Positions 27,056-31,365 of a stretch of 31,365 nt of DNA are shown in pieces. Source of the DNA: a virus (taxonomy: Duplodnaviria > Caudoviricetes); the IMG/VR virus record IMGVR_UViG_3300012231_000036, positions 1 to 31,365 of that record. One strand, written 5' to 3'. A model generated the notes under the pieces. It was not told the origin of the DNA and ran no database searches. It worked only from the letters and a program-made list of their open reading frames with translations. Position 1 is the stretch's first letter; every line of letters starts with the position of its first letter. The position numbers and the translations under genes were made by a program.

Positions 27056-27963
27056 AAATTCTTGTGTTGGAGTTGAACTACCTCGGCGACCTGATGATGT
27101 CTTCTCCTGCGGTTAAGGCATTGTCACAGATTGGCGAAGTAGATGTCCTTGCCTATGACTTCGCCAAAGAGTTACTTGCTAATCACTCGCATATCACGCA
27201 CGTTTATACGTGTTCCAAGAGTAAACAGCAAGTGATTAAGACCGCCTGGGAGCTAAGAAGTGAGGGTTATGACGTTGGAATCCAGTTCAATACTTCCCTG
27301 TTCAATAACGTAGCCCTGCTCTTAGCTGGGTGTCGAGAACGTATCGGCTATAACCATAACCACAGGGCGTTTCTGAACACGGTCAAAGTCCCGATAGCTC
27401 AATCAGCCTGTACCGTAGGGCGTAGGACAGATGAAGTGTGTGATTTAGTTGAGAAGTCATTCCATGTCCCTGTCTGGGATCGGCAGATGGTCTATAACGT
27501 GGAAGGTGAATGGAAAGAGAAGGGCTTCATCACAGTCATCCACACTTGCACCCGGAACACTTCATGGCTAAGACAATGGCATGGATGGAGAGAACTTGTA
27601 TTACGCATAGGGCATAAGTTCGGGTGGAGGATATATTACACCGGAAGCAAGGCTGACGCTGAGTATGTCAGAGGCGAGACACGGTATTGCCCTGCTATTA
27701 ATTTATGTGGCAAGACCACGATTGACGAGTTAGCCAGACTCCTGAAACGGGCAGATTTATGCGTTACAGTCAATACATTCACCATGCACTTAGCCATAGC
27801 TTTAGAGACTCCAACTGTGGCTATCGTGGGGGGTACGGATGTGTCTGTGGTGTGTCCAAGTGAAGACGATAAGTTTAAGCACGTTCAGAGCGGATTGACC
27901 ACCAAAGAGATAACGGTGGATATGGTGTGGGATAAAATCATTGAATTGAAGGAGGGGAAATGA
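27052..27963 (+). CDS. Glycosyltransferase family 9 (heptosyltransferase-like)
   Basis: KILVL...LGDLMMSSP; NLCGKTT..EL..L...ADL.V...MHLA.AL.TPTVA. Confidence 0.9.
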   Translation: MKILVLELNYLGDLMMSSPAVKALSQIGEVDVLAYDFAKELLANHSHITHVYTCSKSKQQVIKTAWELRSEGYDVGIQFNTSLFNNVALLLAGCRERIGYNHNHRAFLNTVKVPIAQSACTVGRRTDEVCDLVEKSFHVPVWDRQMVYNVEGEWKEKGFITVIHTCTRNTSWLRQWHGWRELVLRIGHKFGWRIYYTGSKADAEYVRGETRYCPAINLCGKTTIDELARLLKRADLCVTVNTFTMHLAIALETPTVAIVGGTDVSVVCPSEDDKFKHVQSGLTTKEITVDMVWDKIIELKEGK

Positions 27964-28184
27964 GTTACCATCTCTCTTATTCTCGTACTGATGATAGTTT
28001 GGTGGCACAACTCTCAGTTGGTATTCAAGAGTGGGAAAGTTTCGAGGTAGAGAATGTCCTTTTTGAGAGCGACGTTGATGTCAACGGCCTCCCAGACGAA
28101 CTCCTGAAACACGCAGTTAATCAGGAACTATTGGAGCAAGTCGAGGAATGTTTGGCTTGGTTGAGGAAGGAGATAAAGGCATGA
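27960..28184 (+). CDS. Acidic hypothetical protein
   Basis: 74 aa, GGAGG RBS. Confidence 0.65.
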   Translation: MSYHLSYSRTDDSLVAQLSVGIQEWESFEVENVLFESDVDVNGLPDELLKHAVNQELLEQVEECLAWLRKEIKA

Positions 28185-28558
28185 AGATACTTGCATTGAT
28201 GTTTCTGGTTCAATGTATGGCGTGGGGGCAAGACCCATTGGTGGAAAGGCACAGAGCGTCTATGTCTGAGTACAACAGGGTAATGCGAGAGTTTGAAGAT
28301 TCGCTGAATCAAGCTTGGGGGAAGAAAGAAAATTTATGTCCTGTATGTGGGCAAACCGTTGGGTTTACCAAAGTCCACACCAAAACACTCAAGCCACGCT
28401 TCGTTTTTATGCGTGTCCCAGAAGCAATGAGGGGTATCAGCTTCGATGACTTGTTCCTCGGTGGCACATTCGAGAGATACCTTGACTCCATGCAAGTCTT
28501 GGGCTATACATTTGTCCAAGTGATTGATGGGAAAGTATTATTCAGGAGAAAGCAATGA
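28181..28558 (+). CDS. Secreted protein
   Basis: Signal peptide MKILALMFLVQCMAWG; AAGGAG RBS. Confidence 0.65.
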   Translation: MKILALMFLVQCMAWGQDPLVERHRASMSEYNRVMREFEDSLNQAWGKKENLCPVCGQTVGFTKVHTKTLKPRFVFMRVPEAMRGISFDDLFLGGTFERYLDSMQVLGYTFVQVIDGKVLFRRKQ

Positions 28559-28653
28559 TATTCTTAGGCGTGGTAATCGGGTTTGTGTTCGGGCTTGCGG
28601 TGGGGTTATTCATCGGGGTGCTTGTCGTGCCAATGATGAGGGAACGCGAATGA
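28555..28653 (+). CDS. Gly-zipper single-TM peptide
   Basis: MIFLGVVIGFVFGLAVGLFIGVLVVPMMRERE; AGGAG RBS; ATGA at both ends. Confidence 0.6.
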   Translation: MIFLGVVIGFVFGLAVGLFIGVLVVPMMRERE

Positions 28654-28931
28654 AAACGCTTATCGTTATGCTGACATTTCTAACTTTATCTGGGTGTTCT
28701 CCTAAAATTGACCCCACGCCACAACCTGACTTCGTGTATTCTAAGCGTGGCGATTATGTTCTTGTCAAACTTCCGATTGATTTGACAAGCAAAAGTATTG
28801 ACTCGTCTTTCGTTGACGGTAGCTTTGAAAGATACTGTGATTCGATGCTTACCACTAGGGGGTTGAGGTTTGTTTGCTCGGTGGGGGGTGGCAGAGCAAT
28901 CTTCGAGCCGTTAATGCGGATAGTCAACTGA
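28650..28931 (+). CDS. Putative lipoprotein
   Basis: MKTLIVMLTFLTLSGC lipobox. Confidence 0.65.
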   Translation: MKTLIVMLTFLTLSGCSPKIDPTPQPDFVYSKRGDYVLVKLPIDLTSKSIDSSFVDGSFERYCDSMLTTRGLRFVCSVGGGRAIFEPLMRIVN

Positions 28932-29142
28932 AATCATACCCCCGTAATCTCATCTCCACCTCCAACTCCTCGTCGGTACAGTTACGCAAGAGTTTAGCCC
29001 TCTCAGCTTTGCATTTCAGATGTTCAAATTCCAACTCCTCTTGAACCAAGTCCTCCAATGGGGGGAGGTTCAGATTTGAGAAGCCTGTGCCCTTAACCTC
29101 AGATGGATGCGTGGATGTCGATATATTCCCTGTCCTGTCCAT
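28924..29142 (-). CDS. Hypothetical protein
   Basis: AAGGAG RBS before ATG 29142; acidic helical C-terminus. Confidence 0.5.
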   Translation of the reverse strand: MDRTGNISTSTHPSEVKGTGFSNLNLPPLEDLVQEELEFEHLKCKAERAKLLRNCTDEELEVEMRLRGYDFS

Positions 29143-29968
29143 CTTTTTGACTCCTTCTTGGTGTGAGTTCGATCTTGATTGAACCCAAATCCGAAGGTGG
29201 TAATAACGCATCCACGATATAAGATATCGTGTTGGGTTCGTAACCTTTGAGATAACTGCCCGTCCTGGCAAAGACTTGCTTACGGTGGGATAGGTTGAGT
29301 TGTTTACCGCTTGTTAATCTCAGCTTTTCCTTGTGCAGGACTCCCTTCTGGTGATTGTCCCCCATGAGGTAAATGTCTGCGTCTGCGGTCTCAGCCATTT
29401 TCATAACTGGGTTCATGGACGCTCCGGCTGTCCCACCACCCCCTTTCCCGTGATGCAAGAAAAGGTCAACACAGTGAGAGCCGGTATGTCCTTCGCCTCT
29501 GGCGATATTAACGAAGCTTAACCTCACAAAACTGCAAACACCCAGATAGGCACAGCCCATGAGTTCGGCTAATTTCTGGTCGGTGGTCGTATTGTTGCTG
29601 AACCTCCCGAAGTGATTCCCGCCTAAAAGCCCAATCAATCTACCCTTCATAAATTCAATGTCTCTGGCAAATCTGATTGTATTGTTTAGGTATAGTCCTT
29701 CGAGTGTTTGAATTGTTGAGTCGTGTAGAATCTCATTGTTGAGGATGAATCTTTCGGAGGTTGAGGCCAAATCGTCATAATCGCCCATCCCTAAGAAATA
29801 CGATCTTGGCTTTAATGCCGCCCATTGACGGTATTCGTCCCATTTCTCTGCATGATGAAGTGGGGAGGACTTGTGAACGTCGCCAAATGGAAGAAGATAG
29901 ATAGGTAGGTCGTACTCAGAGAAGGGGATGGTGAACGAGTGGATCGTGAAATCGCCTCTTGTTCTCAC
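29099..29968 (-). CDS. Calcineurin-like metallophosphoesterase
   Basis: GDVH, MGDYDD, GNH, HHG, MGDNH motifs. Confidence 0.88.
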   Translation of the reverse strand: MRTRGDFTIHSFTIPFSEYDLPIYLLPFGDVHKSSPLHHAEKWDEYRQWAALKPRSYFLGMGDYDDLASTSERFILNNEILHDSTIQTLEGLYLNNTIRFARDIEFMKGRLIGLLGGNHFGRFSNNTTTDQKLAELMGCAYLGVCSFVRLSFVNIARGEGHTGSHCVDLFLHHGKGGGGTAGASMNPVMKMAETADADIYLMGDNHQKGVLHKEKLRLTSGKQLNLSHRKQVFARTGSYLKGYEPNTISYIVDALLPPSDLGSIKIELTPRRSQKDGQDREYIDIHASI

Positions 29969-30063
29969 GTTACGTTCATTATTAGTGAGTGTTCAGTTAA
30001 TTTGAACATTGAGTAAATTATCTCTGTACGTTGAGCAAACACACAGAAAGAAAGAGTCAGCAT
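29965..30063 (-). CDS. Short coupling ORF
   Basis: 32 aa; TGA overlaps the GTG of the phosphoesterase. Confidence 0.3.
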   Translation of the reverse strand: MLTLSFCVFAQRTEIIYSMFKLTEHSLIMNVT

Positions 30064-30371
30064 CCCTTGACTATCCAAGCCAATATCCCGACCGCACTTA
30101 TCACAAGTCCGCCAATGACGTACTTGGCGTTCTCACTAGGCGTTTCTTTGCCAGACTGGATTGTTTTCAAGTCACGCCTGTTCTTCTCAATGGGTATAGC
30201 CTTTTCAACTTCTTCGTCAGTTAGCTGAGAAAGTAGGGCTTGGGCTTGCTTGACCAAACGCTCAGTCTCGTCTATCTGTGCTTGGGGGACAGTCTTAGGA
30301 TCGGGGAGGTCGGCTTTGACAATGCCTTTGAGTGGGATTTTGCTTAGGGGGGTGGGTTCGAGTTCGCTCAT
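30057..30371 (-). CDS. Protein with C-terminal TM
   Basis: Start ATG 30371 (MSELEPTP) by ATGA coupling; C-terminal hydrophobic helix. Confidence 0.65.
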   Translation of the reverse strand: MSELEPTPLSKIPLKGIVKADLPDPKTVPQAQIDETERLVKQAQALLSQLTDEEVEKAIPIEKNRRDLKTIQSGKETPSENAKYVIGGLVISAVGILAWIVKGC

Positions 30372-30472
30372 AAAATATATCCTATGATTGCGACGATGCC
30401 AATGATGGCTAAGATGGCTACAACAAGTAAACCCAAGACCATCATCCACTGTTTATCAAGGTCGTCCATCAT
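30368..30472 (-). CDS. Leaderless single-TM peptide
   Basis: MMDDLDKQWMMVLGLLVVAILAIIGIVAIIGYIL, starting 5-8 nt after the -10. Confidence 0.55.
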   Translation of the reverse strand: MMDDLDKQWMMVLGLLVVAILAIIGIVAIIGYIL

Positions 30473-30477
30473 GGCGT

Positions 30478-30506
30478 AATATAAGCAATTCCCAAGCGAA
30501 AGTCAA
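30478..30506 (-). promoter_or_regulatory. Leftward sigma70 promoter
   Basis: TTGACT-17 bp-TATATT. Confidence 0.7.
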
Positions 30507-30613
30507 GTGCTAAAGATTGCACTTATTTACCGCTCAGGCAATACATTTGGGTGATTTAGGTACAGAAGTGTACTCTTTTGCACTTTTCCATGCTTATTTA
30601 CCGCCATACCAAG

Positions 30614-30667
30614 AAAAAAACGACCCGCCGAATTACGCATCCAAACATCAGAGAGGCGCGACGGGTC
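30614..30667 (-). terminator. Putative Rho-independent terminator after lysis genes
   Basis: GACCCGTCG...CGGCGGGTC stem (long loop) followed by T7. Confidence 0.6.
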
Positions 30668-31092
30668 TATGCTCTGACTACACTTATCGTGCATGGGGAT
30701 AGAATCAACTCGTAGAGTTCGTCATAAGCTAATCTGGACTGCCCAATGAAGTCCATGCCGGGAGTCTTACCCACCAAAACACACCCTTCGGTGTCTTTGT
30801 CGGTATTGCCTGCGTGAATCCTAATCCCCGTGAAAGCAGGAACATCTAATATATGTGGCATGACCTTCCCAAATCTATTCGAGAAGTCCATGACCAACTT
30901 ATACTCACCGTAGGGTATGGCTGTTTCACCTTTGACCTTCAAATGCTCAAGTATGTCCAAAGGCATATCTTGGGTCATGTTCCTATCGACATCTTCGAGC
31001 GTGAAGCAGAACGGTTTGGGCTGATCGTCGATGAATAGACGGCCTAAAGTCGAGCGAGGGGTAAACCCAAACCGCTCTAAACGAAGCTTCAC
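30667..31092 (-). CDS. DUF5675 family protein, putative endolysin
   Basis: STLGRL...CFTLED...TAIPYGEY...GIRIHAGNT..DTEGCVLVG; adjacent to holin-like gene. Confidence 0.8.
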   Translation of the reverse strand: MKLRLERFGFTPRSTLGRLFIDDQPKPFCFTLEDVDRNMTQDMPLDILEHLKVKGETAIPYGEYKLVMDFSNRFGKVMPHILDVPAFTGIRIHAGNTDKDTEGCVLVGKTPGMDFIGQSRLAYDELYELILSPCTISVVRA

Positions 31093-31298
31093 GGCTTCGG
31101 TTGATCTTCCGGCTTTACGGGTGTAACGGGCTGTTTGATTGCGTCCTTCAAGCCTTTCAGGACTTTGACTACGACCTGAAACACACCGTTCTCCCTGATC
31201 CCAGGGATGAGCGCAAGGGCTTCTGAGAGCAAGAACAGCCCCAAAATGTAAACGCCATACTTGGTTGCGAACTGTATGATTAACTCTGACATTTCCAT
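31089..31298 (-). CDS. Putative holin / small membrane protein
   Basis: LFLLSEALALIPGIRENGVFQ motif, TM segment; overlaps the GTG start of DUF5675. Confidence 0.6.
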   Translation of the reverse strand: MEMSELIIQFATKYGVYILGLFLLSEALALIPGIRENGVFQVVVKVLKGLKDAIKQPVTPVKPEDQPKP

Positions 31299-31299
31299 A

Positions 31300-31365
31300 T
31301 CATTCCTCTTTGTATTGTTGTTTTTTGAGTCGCTGAATTTCTTTGCCTAATTCTGTCGGTTCACG
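31300..31365 (-). CDS. 3' end of a late-operon gene (partial)
   Basis: Open frame REPTELGKEIQRLKKQQYKEE* entering from the window edge. Confidence 0.4.
   Translation of the reverse strand, partial: REPTELGKEIQRLKKQQYKEE

Overview
This is a ~31 kb fragment of a tailed dsDNA phage with P22/N4-like head genes, read in the standard genetic code. The left arm (minus strand, 1-9936) is the packaging/head module: terS, an HTH gene, micro-ORFs, terL, portal, scaffold, a DUF4043/N4-gp56-type major capsid and head-completion genes. The centre (plus strand, ~10059-28931) is an apparently complete early/middle arm of about 60 mostly short, ATGA-coupled ORFs. It includes DUF4326, a DUF6745 protein with a 26x12-bp repeat, two DUF2829/Tad2-like genes, Lar-like, DUF551, SSB-like and NinG genes, and a cluster of two radical SAM-SPASM enzymes, a methyltransferase and a GT9 glycosyltransferase. 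The right end (minus strand) holds a holin-like gene, a DUF5675 putative endolysin, and a separately promoted unit ending in a metallophosphoesterase, so the late operon probably wraps around the genome. I recognised no integrase, repressor, polymerase, helicase, primase, tRNA or CRISPR. Notable non-coding signals: tandem DnaA boxes and a dif-like half site between terS and terL; three sigma70 promoters sharing a 12-bp box at an identical offset; leftward leaderless promoters; a structured 270-nt intergenic segment; a recurring GGTGAAGCCATGA gene-junction motif; and a 253-bp duplicated gene cassette. All family calls come from motif recognition by eye, not database searches.
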